DNA from: Aliihoeflea sp.
Lineage (GTDB): Bacteria; Pseudomonadota; Alphaproteobacteria; Rhizobiales; Rhizobiaceae
Length of the DNA stretch: 64,000 bases
Assembly (NCBI GenBank): GCA_052435735.1
Contig: JBQVNB010000004.1
Location: forward strand, 30,541-94,540
Direction of reading: 5' to 3'
The notes beneath the pieces were generated by a model, which worked only from the letters and a program-made list of their open reading frames with translations, was not told the origin of the DNA and made no database searches. The first letter of the stretch is position 1. Every line of letters starts with the position of its first letter. This document shows, piece by piece, positions 28,756 to 39,443 of this stretch. The position numbers were made by a program, and so were the translations under genes.

Positions 28756-30840
28756 ATGATCAAGCGTATGCGCCTTCGGGCTCTGGCCCTGACCTCCACC
28801 GCGCTCGCGGCGTCGCTCCTGACCGGCGTGGAGAGTGCATCCGCGCAGAACTTTTTCGAGCGCCTGTTCAACCAGCCGCCGCGCCGCTATGTCGAACCGC
28901 AATACCAGCAGCAGCCGCAGGCCCCGGTCCAGCAGCAGGTTCAGCGCGCTGCACCGCCACAAGCGCCCCGCGTCACCGGCCCGCAATACTTCACCTACAA
29001 GACCGATATGCTCGCGAAAGTGAATTTCGCTGCGATCTCGATCGATCCCGCGCTGGTCAATACCGGTATCGATCACGGAACGGTCGGCGCGACGACGCAG
29101 GCCTCGGCCGCGCCGTCACCGACGGTGACCGTTGCTGGTGGAAGCCTCGAAGAAGCGGTGGAAAAGGCGCTCGAAGGCAATGATGCGCGTGGCGAGCCGC
29201 GCCGGCGGATGGCGGCGCAGGACGGCAGGCAGGTTCCCTCGATCGGCGGTGCCAATCCGAAACTCGAGATCGACGTTCGCAAACAGGCGGTGCGCTCGCC
29301 CGAACCGCTCAAGGCAACGATCGCCGATTCGCTCGACGACCTGGCGACGTTCGAATTCTACGCCGAGCAGGCGATCGGCGATGCGGTGGTCGCGCACTAT
29401 TCGAAGCACCCGCAGATGATCTGGTCCGAGGGCGGGCGTGTCAGTTCGGCCGCGCGCGACGTGGTGCGCGAACTGGCAGGCGCCGACGATTACGGCCTCA
29501 ACCCGGGCGACTATGCGGTGTCGATGCCGCGCGTCAACGATGAAGCCGCGCTGGCGCGCTTCGAGATGGCGCTGTCGGCGCGGATGCTGCGCTATGCACG
29601 CGACATTCATGCCGGCCGCGTCGATCCGAACCGTATTTCCGGCTATCACGATTTCGAGTTGAAGACGGTGAACTATGCCGGCCTGCTGTCGAAGCTCGCC
29701 GATGGCGACGATGCGCGCGATGCGCTGCGCGCGCTTCACCCGCAGAACGAATTCTACAAGGCCATGCAGGTCGAGCTCGAGGAACTGCGCGCGAGCGAGG
29801 AAAAGAGCATCGTCATCGCGCCGGGAACGTTCATCCGGCCGGGCCAGACGAGCGCGGAGCTGCCGAAGATTCTCGCCGTGATCGAGAAGGAAGCGGACCA
29901 GTCGTTCCTTGCCCAGCACGCGACTGCGATCGAACTCAACCGCGCCAGCCAGATCTATTCGGACGATCTGGTCGCCGTCATCAAGGCGGCGCAGGAAAAG
30001 CGCGGCTTGCAGGTCGACGGCATCATCGGCCCGCGTACGGTCACGGCGTTCGCCGGCGAATCGAAGGCGGCGCGGATCGAGAAGGTGAAGCTCGCGATGG
30101 AGCAGCTTCGCTGGCTGCCGTCGGATTTCGGCGACCGCTACGTGTTTCTGAATGCGCCCTCAGCGATGGCGAGCTATGTCGAGGGCGGGGCTGAGAAGCT
30201 GGCGATGCGAACGGTTGTCGGCACCAAGGCGACGCAGACCTACTTCTTCCAGGACGAGATTTCCTATGTCGAGTTCCACCCCTATTGGGGCGTGCCGCGC
30301 TCGATCATCGTCAACAAGTACCTGCCCAAGCTTTACGCCGACCCGTCCTATCTCGACCGGTCCGGCTTCGAGGTGACGGACCAGCAGGGCCGCCGGATCT
30401 CGTCTTCGGCGATCAACTGGACGCGCTACGGCGCCAACATCCCTTACAATGTCCGCCAGCGGCCGGGCCCGAGCAACGCGCTCGGCGAATTGAAGATCAT
30501 GTTCCCGAACAAGCACGCGATCTACATGCACGACACGCCCGACCGGCACCTCTTCAGCCGCGACAACCGCGCGCTGTCGAATGGCTGCGTGCGCCTCGAA
30601 GATCCGCGCGCCATGGCGGCGGCGGTGCTCGGCTGGGATCGCGCCAAGGTCGACTCGCGCCTGGCCGGCCAGCACGGCCGTGACAATCTGGATCAGAAGG
30701 TGCCGGTCTACGTCGCGTACTTCACCGCATGGCCGGAAGCCGGCGGCAAAATGGGCTACTATCCGGATGTCTACGATCGCGACCTGAAGACGCGCGAGGC
30801 GATGGAGCGCATCGAAGCGGCGAGGGCGCCGTCGATCTGA
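28756..30840 (+). CDS. L,D-transpeptidase family protein with peptidoglycan-binding domain (YcbB-like)
   Basis: Track ORF trimmed to MIKRMRLRALALTSTALAASLL signal peptide. PG-binding repeat GLQVDGIIGPRT. Catalytic YkuD motif HDTPDRHLFSRDNRALSNGCVRL. Confidence 0.88.
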   Translation: MIKRMRLRALALTSTALAASLLTGVESASAQNFFERLFNQPPRRYVEPQYQQQPQAPVQQQVQRAAPPQAPRVTGPQYFTYKTDMLAKVNFAAISIDPALVNTGIDHGTVGATTQASAAPSPTVTVAGGSLEEAVEKALEGNDARGEPRRRMAAQDGRQVPSIGGANPKLEIDVRKQAVRSPEPLKATIADSLDDLATFEFYAEQAIGDAVVAHYSKHPQMIWSEGGRVSSAARDVVRELAGADDYGLNPGDYAVSMPRVNDEAALARFEMALSARMLRYARDIHAGRVDPNRISGYHDFELKTVNYAGLLSKLADGDDARDALRALHPQNEFYKAMQVELEELRASEEKSIVIAPGTFIRPGQTSAELPKILAVIEKEADQSFLAQHATAIELNRASQIYSDDLVAVIKAAQEKRGLQVDGIIGPRTVTAFAGESKAARIEKVKLAMEQLRWLPSDFGDRYVFLNAPSAMASYVEGGAEKLAMRTVVGTKATQTYFFQDEISYVEFHPYWGVPRSIIVNKYLPKLYADPSYLDRSGFEVTDQQGRRISSSAINWTRYGANIPYNVRQRPGPSNALGELKIMFPNKHAIYMHDTPDRHLFSRDNRALSNGCVRLEDPRAMAAAVLGWDRAKVDSRLAGQHGRDNLDQKVPVYVAYFTAWPEAGGKMGYYPDVYDRDLKTREAMERIEAARAPSI

Positions 30841-30967
30841 CGGCGCTCGATCTGGCAACCCGTCTCGAACCCGTAGGGGTTCGCAAGCCCGACCGGGGGT
30901 CGCGCGGGCAGCGCGCCCCATCGAGGCATGAGCGAAGCGAATTAGCCGTGAGATCGATGGAAATAAA

Positions 30968-31042
30968 TGGTGGGCGCGACAGGGATTGAACCTGTGACCC
31001 TTCGCGTGTGAAGCGAATGCTCTCCCGCTGAGCTACGCGCCC
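30968..31042 (-). tRNA. tRNA-Val (anticodon CAC), CCA encoded
   Basis: Reverse complement folds by hand into a cloverleaf: acceptor GGGCGCG/CGCGCCC, D arm GCTC-AGCGGGA-GAGC, anticodon arm TTCGC-TTCACAC-GCGAA, T arm ACAGG-TTCAATC-CCTGT, ACCA tail. 75 nt. Confidence 0.93.
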
Positions 31043-31115
31043 ATGAGCGCCAGGCGCTCAAAGTCGTCCGGCGGACCGAACGTGGCCCGCGTATAGGAGC
31101 ATCCGCCGGGGTCCG

Positions 31116-31817
31116 TCAAGCGGTCTTGGCGCGCGGCGAGGTTGCCGCTGCGATCAGCCGGTCGGCAAGGTCGACCGTCAACTCGTCGAAATGCGAAATG
31201 ATGTGCGACGGCTCGAATTCGCGCACGTGTTTGTCCGTGTAGCCGAAGTCGACGGCGACAACGGGAATGCCCGCCGCCTTGGCCGTCTTGATGTCGGTTT
31301 CGGAGTCTCCGACCATGATCGCGCGTTCGGGATTGCCGCCAGCGCGCGCGATGGTCTCGATCAGGTGGCGTGGGTCAGGCTTGCGGAACGCGAACGTGTC
31401 CTGTCCGCAGATGGCGCGGAAGCGTTCGGTCAAGCCGAGGCCCTGCATCAGCCGCGTCGAATGCAGCTCGAACTTGTTGGTGCAGATCGCCGTCAGGTAT
31501 CCGGCGTCGTCAAAGCGATCGAGCGCGGCGACGACGCCCTCATAGGGTTGCGAATCGCCGGGCATGTTCGAGCCGTAATGTTCGATGAACGTGTCGAGGA
31601 GGTCCTTGAGGCGCTCGTCGGAAAGGACGCGCTGCTGCGCCGCATAGGCGCGCTCGATCATCACCTTGCCGCCCATGCCGACAAAGCGGCGGAACTCGGC
31701 CGGGCCGGCGACGGTCATGCCGTCGAGCGCCAAGCAATGATTCAGGCTCGCCATCAGGTCGGGCGCGGTGTCGACGAGGGTGCCGTCGAGGTCGAAGACA
31801 ATGATGGGAGCGGTCAT
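31116..31817 (-). CDS. gph: HAD-superfamily phosphoglycolate phosphatase
   Basis: Track ORF 31116..32564 trimmed to MTAPIIVFDLDGTLVDT (HAD motif I). CTNK (motif II) and MVGDSETDIKTAKAAG (motif IV). Alternative ATG at 31862. Confidence 0.82.
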   Translation of the reverse strand: MTAPIIVFDLDGTLVDTAPDLMASLNHCLALDGMTVAGPAEFRRFVGMGGKVMIERAYAAQQRVLSDERLKDLLDTFIEHYGSNMPGDSQPYEGVVAALDRFDDAGYLTAICTNKFELHSTRLMQGLGLTERFRAICGQDTFAFRKPDPRHLIETIARAGGNPERAIMVGDSETDIKTAKAAGIPVVAVDFGYTDKHVREFEPSHIISHFDELTVDLADRLIAAATSPRAKTA

Positions 31818-31943
31818 CGGGTCGTCCGTTGGTTTCCGTTGCGGCGGGTCTAGCTTGGCCATGCGGCACGCGCAAGGCGGCCAGGGTGGTTTGCCAGCAC
31901 GGATGAAGGTGCTAAACGGCGTCTGCCAACCAAGGAGCGGGAC

Positions 31944-32639
31944 ATGGATGCGCGAGCGCTGAAGATCGAAGCGGCACGGGTCGCCCTTTCCCATGTGGAA
32001 GACGGCATGAAGCTCGGCATCGGGACGGGCTCGACCGCCGAGGAATTCGTGCGGCTTCTCGCGGTGCGGATTTCGGAGGGGCTGCGGATCATCGGCGTAC
32101 CGACATCCGAGCGCACGGCGGAACTCTGCCGCGATCTCGGCGTGCCGCTCGCGACGCTCGACGAGGAACCGGCGCTCGACCTGACCATCGACGGCGCCGA
32201 CGAGATTGGCCCCGGTCTGTCGCTCGTCAAGGGCGGCGGCGGGGCGCTCCTGCGCGAGAAGATCGTGGCCTTCGCCTCGAAGCGGATGATCGTGATCGCC
32301 GATTCGTCGAAGGTGGTCGAAACGCTCGGAAAGTTTCCGCTGCCGGTCGAGGTCAATCCGTTCGGCCTCGGCGCGACGCGACTGGCGATCGAGACGGCGG
32401 CAAGCCGGCTCGGGCTGTCGGGTGCGATCGTGCTCCGCGAGCGCAATGGCGAGCGTTTCGTCACCGATGGCGGCCATGTCATTCTCGACGCATCTTTTGG
32501 CCGTATTCCCGATCCACTGGCACTTTCGGATGCGCTTCACGCGATCCCGGGCGTCGTGGAGCACGGGCTGTTCCTGAACCTTGCCGATCTGGCCGTGGTC
32601 GCCGAACCGGATGGCGTGAAGACGATCGACGGCGTATAG
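31944..32639 (+). CDS. rpiA: ribose-5-phosphate isomerase A
   Basis: [38 protein letters not shown]. Confidence 0.92.
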   Translation: MDARALKIEAARVALSHVEDGMKLGIGTGSTAEEFVRLLAVRISEGLRIIGVPTSERTAELCRDLGVPLATLDEEPALDLTIDGADEIGPGLSLVKGGGGALLREKIVAFASKRMIVIADSSKVVETLGKFPLPVEVNPFGLGATRLAIETAASRLGLSGAIVLRERNGERFVTDGGHVILDASFGRIPDPLALSDALHAIPGVVEHGLFLNLADLAVVAEPDGVKTIDGV

Positions 32640-32693
32640 GCGTCGTCAGGACGAACGAGCGGCGCGGGCGCGCCGGCAAAGAGGAGACTGAAC

Positions 32694-33248
32694 ATGAATT
32701 TCAGATATGCGGGCATTGCGCTTGCCGTCGGTGCAGCCATCGCGCTCGGTTCGGCCATGGGCCCGGCCGCTTCGCAGGAGCCGTCCGAAAGCCATCTCGC
32801 CGCTGCGCGAGCCGCCGTCGATGCGGTCGGCATGACGGATGAGTTCGACAACATCCTGCCGCAGGCCGCGATGGCGCTGAAGAACGAGCTGACGCAGAAG
32901 AACCCAGACCAGGTGAGCCTCATTTCGCGCACGGTCGACGAAAAGGCGATTGCGCTGGCCGCTCGCCGCGGCGATCTGGAGCGCGAGGCCGCCGCCGCCT
33001 ACGCTCAGTTCTTCTCGGAGGAAGAGCTGGCGACGATCTCGGAATTCTACTCGTCTCCGACCGGCCAGAAGTTCATCGAGACGCACCCGGAAGTGACCAA
33101 TCAGGTCTTCCAGGCCGCGAATATCTGGCAGTCGGGCATTGCCCGCGACCTCGCGCGCGACGTGGCCGGCGAACTGCAGGGCCAGGTTGCAGAACCGCAG
33201 GGCGAAGCGACCCCGGGGGCTGCCCCGGCACCCGCGCAGTCCAACTGA
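32694..33248 (+). CDS. DUF2059 domain secreted protein
   Basis: Signal peptide MNFRYAGIALAVGAAIALGSAMG. FSEEELATISEFYSSPTGQKF is typical of DUF2059. Confidence 0.7.
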   Translation: MNFRYAGIALAVGAAIALGSAMGPAASQEPSESHLAAARAAVDAVGMTDEFDNILPQAAMALKNELTQKNPDQVSLISRTVDEKAIALAARRGDLEREAAAAYAQFFSEEELATISEFYSSPTGQKFIETHPEVTNQVFQAANIWQSGIARDLARDVAGELQGQVAEPQGEATPGAAPAPAQSN

Positions 33249-33268
33249 GCGATCTTCATCGCATCGAA

Positions 33269-33298
33269 AGCCCGGCCATGTGCCGGGCTTTTCTTTTG
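33269..33298 (+). terminator. rho-independent terminator after the DUF2059 gene
   Basis: AGCCCGGC-CATGT-GCCGGGCT hairpin followed by TTTTCTTTT. Confidence 0.75.
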
Positions 33299-33345
33299 GG
33301 CGATGCGGTCTTAAGTCTTGCCCCGAAACCTAGAAAGGCCGCCGC

Positions 33346-34737
33346 ATGACCCAGTACGACTATGATCTCTTCGTGATCGGCGGCGGATCGGGTGGCGTGC
33401 GGGCAGGGCGCGTCGCCGCATCGCTCGGCAAGCGCGTGGCCATCGCCGAGGAATACCGCTTCGGCGGCACCTGCGTCATCCGCGGCTGCGTGCCGAAGAA
33501 GCTGTTCGTCTACGCCTCGCAGTTTCCCGAACATTTCGAGGACGCCGCCGGCTATGGCTGGACGGTCGGCGAGCGCTCTTTCGACTGGAAGACGCTGATC
33601 GACAACAAGGACAAAGAGATCGCGCGTCTGGAAGGGCTCTACCGCAAGGGACTCGAAAATGCCGGCGCGACGATTATCGAAAGCCGCGCGGTGCTGGAGG
33701 ATGCCCACACGATCCGGCTTCAGAAGGACGGGCGCACGGTCACCGCCGAGACGATCCTGATCGCGACCGGCGGCCATCCGAGCCTTCATCCGGCGCTGCC
33801 CGGCCACGAGCACTGCATCACCTCCGACGAGGCCTTTCATCTGGAGGAGCTGCCGAAGGCGATCGTCATCGCGGGTGGCGGATATATCGGCGTCGAGTTC
33901 GCCAATATTTTTCACGGCCTGGGCGTCGAGACGACGCTGATCTATCGTGGCAAGGAGATATTGGGACGCTTCGACAAAGACTTGCGCACCGCACTTCACG
34001 TCGAGATGGAGGCCAAGGGCATCAAGGTCCTGTGCAAGGAGATCTTCACGAAGATCGAGAAGCGCCCGGATGGCAGGCTCGATGCCCACACCAATGCCGA
34101 CCGCACGCTGGTGGTCGACCAGGTGATGCTCGCCATCGGCCGCCAGCCCAACACGACCGGTCTCGGCCTCGACAGAGCGGGTGTGACGACCGGTCCGAAG
34201 GGCGAGATCATTGTCGACGACTATTCGCGCACCAATGTCGAGAACATCTATGCCGTCGGCGACGTGACCGACCGCGTGCAATTGACGCCCGTCGCGATCC
34301 ACGAGGCCATGTGCTTCGTCGATACCGTCTATCGCGGCAAGCCGACGAAGCCTGACCACGAGGCGGTGGCGACCGCCGTCTTTTCGCAGCCCGAACTCGG
34401 CACGGTGGGCCTTTCGGAAGAAGATGCGGCGAAGAAGTACGGCGAGCTCGAAATCTACAAGGCCACCTTCCGCCCCATGCGACATACACTGTCGGGCCGC
34501 ATGGAGAAGATGGTGATGAAGCTGATCGTCGATGCCGCCAGCCGCCGTGTCGTCGGCGCGCATGTGCTCGGCGTCGATGCGGGTGAGATGGCGCAATTGC
34601 TGGGCATCGCCGTCAAGGCGAAGCTGACGAAGGAAGATTTCGACGCGACGATGGCTGTCCATCCGACCGCGGCGGAAGAGCTCGTCACCATGTACCAGCC
34701 GAGCTACCGCGTGAAGAACGGCGAACTGATCGCCTGA
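33346..34737 (+). CDS. gor: glutathione-disulfide reductase
   Basis: DLFVIGGGSGGVRAGR, redox-active GGTCVIRGCVPKK, C-terminal HPTAAEELVTM. Confidence 0.92.
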   Translation: MTQYDYDLFVIGGGSGGVRAGRVAASLGKRVAIAEEYRFGGTCVIRGCVPKKLFVYASQFPEHFEDAAGYGWTVGERSFDWKTLIDNKDKEIARLEGLYRKGLENAGATIIESRAVLEDAHTIRLQKDGRTVTAETILIATGGHPSLHPALPGHEHCITSDEAFHLEELPKAIVIAGGGYIGVEFANIFHGLGVETTLIYRGKEILGRFDKDLRTALHVEMEAKGIKVLCKEIFTKIEKRPDGRLDAHTNADRTLVVDQVMLAIGRQPNTTGLGLDRAGVTTGPKGEIIVDDYSRTNVENIYAVGDVTDRVQLTPVAIHEAMCFVDTVYRGKPTKPDHEAVATAVFSQPELGTVGLSEEDAAKKYGELEIYKATFRPMRHTLSGRMEKMVMKLIVDAASRRVVGAHVLGVDAGEMAQLLGIAVKAKLTKEDFDATMAVHPTAAEELVTMYQPSYRVKNGELIA

Positions 34738-34851
34738 AGTGGTCGCCCCTTCCGTCAGGCGGGTGTAGAATCGACCGCTCTCGTAGTGTAAGGACGCCGC
34801 CACGGGCAGGGTGCGTTCCCGGCCCCCAGGCGATATTGAACGGGTGCGACA

Positions 34852-36228
34852 ATGACGAAATGGTCTCCGAATTCCTGGCGTGACAAGCCGATCCAGCAGG
34901 TTCCTGCCTATCCGGATCTCGGCGCCCTTGCAGAGACCGAAAAGCAGCTTGCCAGCTATCCGCCGCTCGTTTTTGCAGGCGAGGCGCGCAAATTGAAGAA
35001 GCAGCTTGCCGCCGTTTCGGCCGGCGAAGCCTTCATGCTTCAGGGCGGCGACTGCGCCGAAAGCTTCGCCGAACACGGCGCCGACAACATCCGCGACTTC
35101 TTCCGAGTCTTCCTGCAGATGGCGGTGGTGCTGACCTTCGGCGGCGCGCAGCCTGTGGTGAAGGTCGGCCGCATCGCCGGCCAGTTCGCCAAGCCGCGCT
35201 CGTCCGATACCGAGACGAAGGACGGCGTGGCGCTGCCTTCCTATCGCGGCGACATCATCAACGGCATCGAATTCAACGAGGAAGCGCGCACGCCGAACCC
35301 GGCGCGCCAGCGCATGGCGTACCGCCAGTCGGCCGCCACGCTGAACCTGCTGCGCGCTTTCGCGCAGGGCGGCTATGCAAGCCTCGAGAACGTCCACAAG
35401 TGGATGCTCGGCTTCGTGTCGGACAGCCCGCAGTCCGAGCGCTACAAGGCGCTGGCGAACCGCATCACCGAGACGGTCGATTTCATGAATGCTGTCGGCA
35501 TCACGTCCGAATCGCATGCGGCGCTGCGCGAAACCGACTTCTACACCAGCCACGAGGCGCTGCTTCTCGGCTACGAGGAAGCGATGACGCGCGTTGATTC
35601 CACCTCGGGCGACTGGTACGCGACGTCCGGCCACATGATCTGGATCGGCGACCGCACGCGCCAGCCGGACCATGCGCATGTCGAATATTGCCGCGGCATC
35701 AAGAATCCGCTCGGCCTGAAATGCGGCCCGTCGATGACGCCGGACGGGCTGATCAAACTCATCGACCTGCTCAATCCCGAAAATGAAGCAGGCCGCCTGA
35801 CGCTGATCGCGCGCTTCGGGTCGGAAGCGGTCGGCGACCATCTGCCGAAGCTCATCCGCGCCGTCGAGAAGGAAGGCCGCAAGGTCGTCTGGTCCTGCGA
35901 CCCGATGCACGGTAACACGATCACGGCTGCCGGTTACAAGACGCGGCCTTTCGACCGGATACTGAAGGAGGTCCAGACCTTCTTCGACGTCCACGCGGCC
36001 GAGGGCACCCATGCCGGCGGCATCCACATCGAGATGACGGGCAAGAACGTCACGGAATGCACCGGCGGCGCCCGCGCCGTCCGCGACGAGGACCTTCAGG
36101 ATCGCTACCACACACATTGTGACCCGCGCCTCAACGCCGATCAGGCACTCGAACTTGCCTTTCTGGTGAGCGAGCTCCTGGCCAAGAAGAAGCACGGCCA
36201 GGCACCGCGCCAGGCCGTCAACGCCTGA
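34852..36228 (+). CDS. class II 3-deoxy-7-phosphoheptulonate (DAHP) synthase
   Basis: 458 aa. [50 protein letters not shown], which are plant-like class II AroA signatures. Confidence 0.92.
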   Translation: MTKWSPNSWRDKPIQQVPAYPDLGALAETEKQLASYPPLVFAGEARKLKKQLAAVSAGEAFMLQGGDCAESFAEHGADNIRDFFRVFLQMAVVLTFGGAQPVVKVGRIAGQFAKPRSSDTETKDGVALPSYRGDIINGIEFNEEARTPNPARQRMAYRQSAATLNLLRAFAQGGYASLENVHKWMLGFVSDSPQSERYKALANRITETVDFMNAVGITSESHAALRETDFYTSHEALLLGYEEAMTRVDSTSGDWYATSGHMIWIGDRTRQPDHAHVEYCRGIKNPLGLKCGPSMTPDGLIKLIDLLNPENEAGRLTLIARFGSEAVGDHLPKLIRAVEKEGRKVVWSCDPMHGNTITAAGYKTRPFDRILKEVQTFFDVHAAEGTHAGGIHIEMTGKNVTECTGGARAVRDEDLQDRYHTHCDPRLNADQALELAFLVSELLAKKKHGQAPRQAVNA

Positions 36229-36247
36229 AATCGGCGCAGGTAGTGCC

Positions 36248-37171
36248 TCAGGCGGCGACCGTGCTGCCTGAGCCGACGGACCCGCCAGCGGCTGCCGGCG
36301 GGGCAAAGACGCTGATCGCCGCCGGGTGCACCTTGAAGTGGGCCGGCGTCTGCGTGACGATCTCGCCATCCGTGTTGACCGGTCGCGGCCGGTCCGTCTC
36401 GATGTCGAACTCGACGCAACGCGCCGTGCGCACCTCGTTCCAGGCACCGTGGCGGCCCGAGCGGAACGAGCGCATCATCAGCGCAAGTTTCCAGACATTT
36501 GAGAGTTCGAGGCTGTAGAGGTCGAGATGGCCGTCGTCGATCTCGGCCGTTTCCTCGACGACATTGCCGCCGCCGTAGTGCCGGCCATTGCCGACTGCGA
36601 TCTGGTAGGTCGAGACGCGGATCGTGTCGCCCTTTTCGGTGATCGTCGCCTTGAACGGGCGCACCTTGGTCAGCACGCGGCTCGCCGCGATCGCATAGCC
36701 GAGCCGGCCCCAGCGCTTCTTCGTCTGTGGATCGAGGCTCTGGGCGAGTTCGGTGGAAAGGCCGATCGAGGCGACGTTGAAGAAGGCATGGCCGTTGACT
36801 GTGCCGACATCAACCTTGCGCGCATGGCCGTCGGCGATGACGCCCGCCGCTTCCACTAGGTCCATCGGGATGTTGAGCGTGCGGGCGAGGTCGTTGGCCG
36901 TTCCCATCGGCATGATGCCCATCGGCAGGCCGGACTCCATCACCGCCACCGCCGCCGACGAGACCGTCCCGTCACCACCGCAGACGATGACGAGATCGGC
37001 CCGTTCGCGCAATCGCACGACGTCGCGCGCGATCTCGGGCAGCGCCTCGAAAGGCTCGACCATCACGTCGAGCCCGCCGACTTTCAGCCTTTCCAGGACT
37101 GGCTCGACAGGCTCGCGCCCGCGGCGCGCATTCGGATTGACGAGGAAAAGGGCGCGCTTGGTCGTTTGCAA
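36248..37171 (-). CDS. diacylglycerol kinase family lipid kinase (YegS/BmrU-like)
   Basis: LVIVCGGDGTVS, MGIMPMGTANDLAR. 307 aa. Confidence 0.85.
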   Translation of the reverse strand: MQTTKRALFLVNPNARRGREPVEPVLERLKVGGLDVMVEPFEALPEIARDVVRLRERADLVIVCGGDGTVSSAAVAVMESGLPMGIMPMGTANDLARTLNIPMDLVEAAGVIADGHARKVDVGTVNGHAFFNVASIGLSTELAQSLDPQTKKRWGRLGYAIAASRVLTKVRPFKATITEKGDTIRVSTYQIAVGNGRHYGGGNVVEETAEIDDGHLDLYSLELSNVWKLALMMRSFRSGRHGAWNEVRTARCVEFDIETDRPRPVNTDGEIVTQTPAHFKVHPAAISVFAPPAAAGGSVGSGSTVAA

Positions 37172-37320
37172 GGAGGAGTTCCTTCTCCGGTTCGGGAAGC
37201 CTTCGCCAGATAGGAACTGTCATTTGCCATTGCGAGCTTTTCGCTGACGGCGACTGAACAATCAGTCTCTCTTGGCGCAAGAGGCGCGGCATGCCTATCT
37301 GCGCGGCCAAGGAGCGCATC

Positions 37321-37911
37321 ATGGACGAAAACGACCACCTGCCGAACCTCGAGAGCCGAACCGGCCTGCCGGAGGACCTGCGCTTTCTCGTCGAGAAATA
37401 TCCGCGCGATAGCTGGACCGGACATCGCAACGTCCACGGCATGGCGTCGATGTGGCTGCAGCGGCACGACATGTTCCGCGAACTGGGCGGGACACTGACG
37501 GGCTCGATCGCCGATTATCGCGAGGGCAGAACCGACGCGCCCGGATTCGCCCGGTTCTTCGCGCCGCGTCTGAACTTCTTCCTCGGTCAGCTCGACGGCC
37601 ATCACAATATCGAGGACCAGCACTATTTTCCGATCTTCGCGCGGGTCGAGACGCGGCTGAAGCGCGGCTTCGACATCCTCGATGCCGATCATCACCTGAT
37701 CCACGACGCGCTACAAATGAACGCGCAGACGGCCAACGCTTTTCTCCAGGCACTGACCGGAGACGCCGACGCCCAGCGCTATGCGGCCGATGCCTATGCC
37801 GATCAAAATGCGCGGCTCGTCGCCATGCTTGCCCGCCATCTCGACGACGAGGAAGATCTGATCATTCCGCTGATCCTCGAAAAGGGCGACCGGGAACTCG
37901 GCGGCTACTGA
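37321..37911 (+). CDS. hemerythrin (HHE cation-binding) domain protein
   Basis: H-rich motifs WLQRHDMF, HHNIEDQHYFPIF, DADHHLIHD, HLDDEEDLIIP. ATG 37321 (the track uses 37291). Confidence 0.7.
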   Translation: MDENDHLPNLESRTGLPEDLRFLVEKYPRDSWTGHRNVHGMASMWLQRHDMFRELGGTLTGSIADYREGRTDAPGFARFFAPRLNFFLGQLDGHHNIEDQHYFPIFARVETRLKRGFDILDADHHLIHDALQMNAQTANAFLQALTGDADAQRYAADAYADQNARLVAMLARHLDDEEDLIIPLILEKGDRELGGY

Positions 37912-37946
37912 TTGCGCCTGTGCAAAGGCCGCGCTAGACGAACGGC

Positions 37947-39443
37947 ATGAGTGAAACGCCCGACATTCTCCGCATCGCGATCGCGCAGTTGAACCCGACG
38001 GTCGGCGACATTGCCGGCAACCTCGTGAAAGCCCGCGAGGCGCGGGCCGATGCGGCGCGGCAGGGCGCAGACCTCGTCCTTTTCACCGAACTCTTCATCG
38101 CCGGCTATCCGCCGGAGGATCTCGTCCTGAAGCGCGCCTTCGTCGCCGCCTGCGAGAAGGCGGTTGGCGACCTCGTCGCGGATACGGCGGACGGGGGCCC
38201 GGGCATCGTCATCGGCACGCCGCTCGCCCGCAAGAGCGGGCTGCACAATGCCATCGTCGTCGCCGACAAGGGCAAGGTGGTCGCCGAACGCTACAAGCTC
38301 GACCTGCCGAACTATGGCGAATTCGACGAAAAGCGCGTGTTTCAGCCCGGTCCCGACATGCCGGGGCCGGTCAATTTCCGCGGCGTGCGGCTCGGCATTC
38401 CGATCTGCGAGGACATCTGGGGCGAGCTCGGCGTCTGCGAGACGCTGGCCGAGGCCGGCGCCGAATTGCTGCTCGTGCCGAACGGCTCGCCCTATTATCG
38501 CGGCAAATCCGACGTGCGCCAGCAGGTCGTGATCCGCGAAGTGATCGAAAGCGGCCTGCCGCTGATCTACGCCAACCAGCTCGGCGGGCAGGATGAGCTG
38601 ATCTTCGACGGCGCCTCCTTCGCCATCAACGCCGACAAGTCGCTCGCCTTCCAGATGAGCCCCTTTGAGGAAACGCTGGCCGTCACGACGTGGCGACGCG
38701 GCGAAGACGATGTCTGGGCCTGCACCGAAGGTCCGCGCGCGATTCTGCCCGAGGCGCAGGAGGCGGACTATCGCGCCTGCATGCTGGGCCTGCGCGACTA
38801 TGTGAACAAGAACGGCTTCAAGACCGTGGTGCTCGGCCTTTCGGGCGGTATCGATTCGGCGATCTGCGCCGCGCTCGCCGTCGATGCGCTCGGCGAGGAG
38901 CGTGTGCGCACGATCATGATGCCCTACCGCTACACGTCGAAGGATTCGCTGAAGGACGCCGAGGACTGCGCCCGCGCGCTCGGCTGCCGCTACGATATCG
39001 TAGCCATCACTGAGCCGGTCGAAGGGTTTTCCAATGCGCTCGGCCAGCTCTTCGAGGGCACGGAAGAGGGGATCACCGAGGAAAACTTGCAGAGCCGCGC
39101 GCGCGGCGTGATCCTGATGGCGGTCTCCAACAAGTTCGGCGCAATGGTCGTGACGACCGGAAACAAGTCGGAAATGTCGGTCGGCTACGCGACGCTCTAT
39201 GGCGACATGAATGGCGGCTTCAATCCGATCAAGGACCTCTACAAGATGCAGGTCTACGGCCTGTCGGCGTGGCGCAACACCACCGTCCCACCCGGCGCGC
39301 TTGGACCCTCGGGCGAGGTCATCCCGCAGAACATCATCGACAAGGCGCCCTCCGCCGAGCTTCGACCCGACCAGACCGACCAGGATTCGCAGCCGCCCTA
39401 TCCGGTGCTCGACGACATTATCGAATGCCTCGTCGAAAACTAG
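37947..39443 (+). CDS. nadE: glutamine-dependent NAD+ synthetase, N-terminal 498 codons ending at a premature in-frame TAG
   Basis: CN-hydrolase domain (IAIAQLNPTVGDI...PICEDIW) plus NAD synthetase domain (VLGLSGGIDSA). Ends ...DDIIECLVEN-TAG, about 60 codons short of full-length homologues as I recall them. Confidence 0.85.
   Translation: MSETPDILRIAIAQLNPTVGDIAGNLVKAREARADAARQGADLVLFTELFIAGYPPEDLVLKRAFVAACEKAVGDLVADTADGGPGIVIGTPLARKSGLHNAIVVADKGKVVAERYKLDLPNYGEFDEKRVFQPGPDMPGPVNFRGVRLGIPICEDIWGELGVCETLAEAGAELLLVPNGSPYYRGKSDVRQQVVIREVIESGLPLIYANQLGGQDELIFDGASFAINADKSLAFQMSPFEETLAVTTWRRGEDDVWACTEGPRAILPEAQEADYRACMLGLRDYVNKNGFKTVVLGLSGGIDSAICAALAVDALGEERVRTIMMPYRYTSKDSLKDAEDCARALGCRYDIVAITEPVEGFSNALGQLFEGTEEGITEENLQSRARGVILMAVSNKFGAMVVTTGNKSEMSVGYATLYGDMNGGFNPIKDLYKMQVYGLSAWRNTTVPPGALGPSGEVIPQNIIDKAPSAELRPDQTDQDSQPPYPVLDDIIECLVEN

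Noticed and set aside
30841-31115. tRNA-Val as an integration site for a mobile element.
   Set aside because: Both flanks lead within about 130 bp into ordinary genes (an L,D-transpeptidase and a phosphoglycolate phosphatase). I saw no integrase and no duplicated tRNA 3' segment.
31818-32564. N-terminal 249-aa extension of the 482-aa track ORF containing the HAD phosphatase.
   Set aside because: The extension is antisense to rpiA and has no HAD features. The canonical DxDGT motif begins right after the internal Met at 31817.
33256-36447. 1063-aa minus-strand ORF spanning gor and the DAHP synthase gene. Similar giants occur at 26371..28611, 6315..9002, 37905..39764, 59090..61003, 41293..43662 and 54561..56273.
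   Set aside because: Each is antisense to a confidently identified housekeeping gene. Their translations are Arg/Ala/Gly/Asp-rich with no recognisable domains. Long stop-free antisense frames are expected in high-GC DNA.
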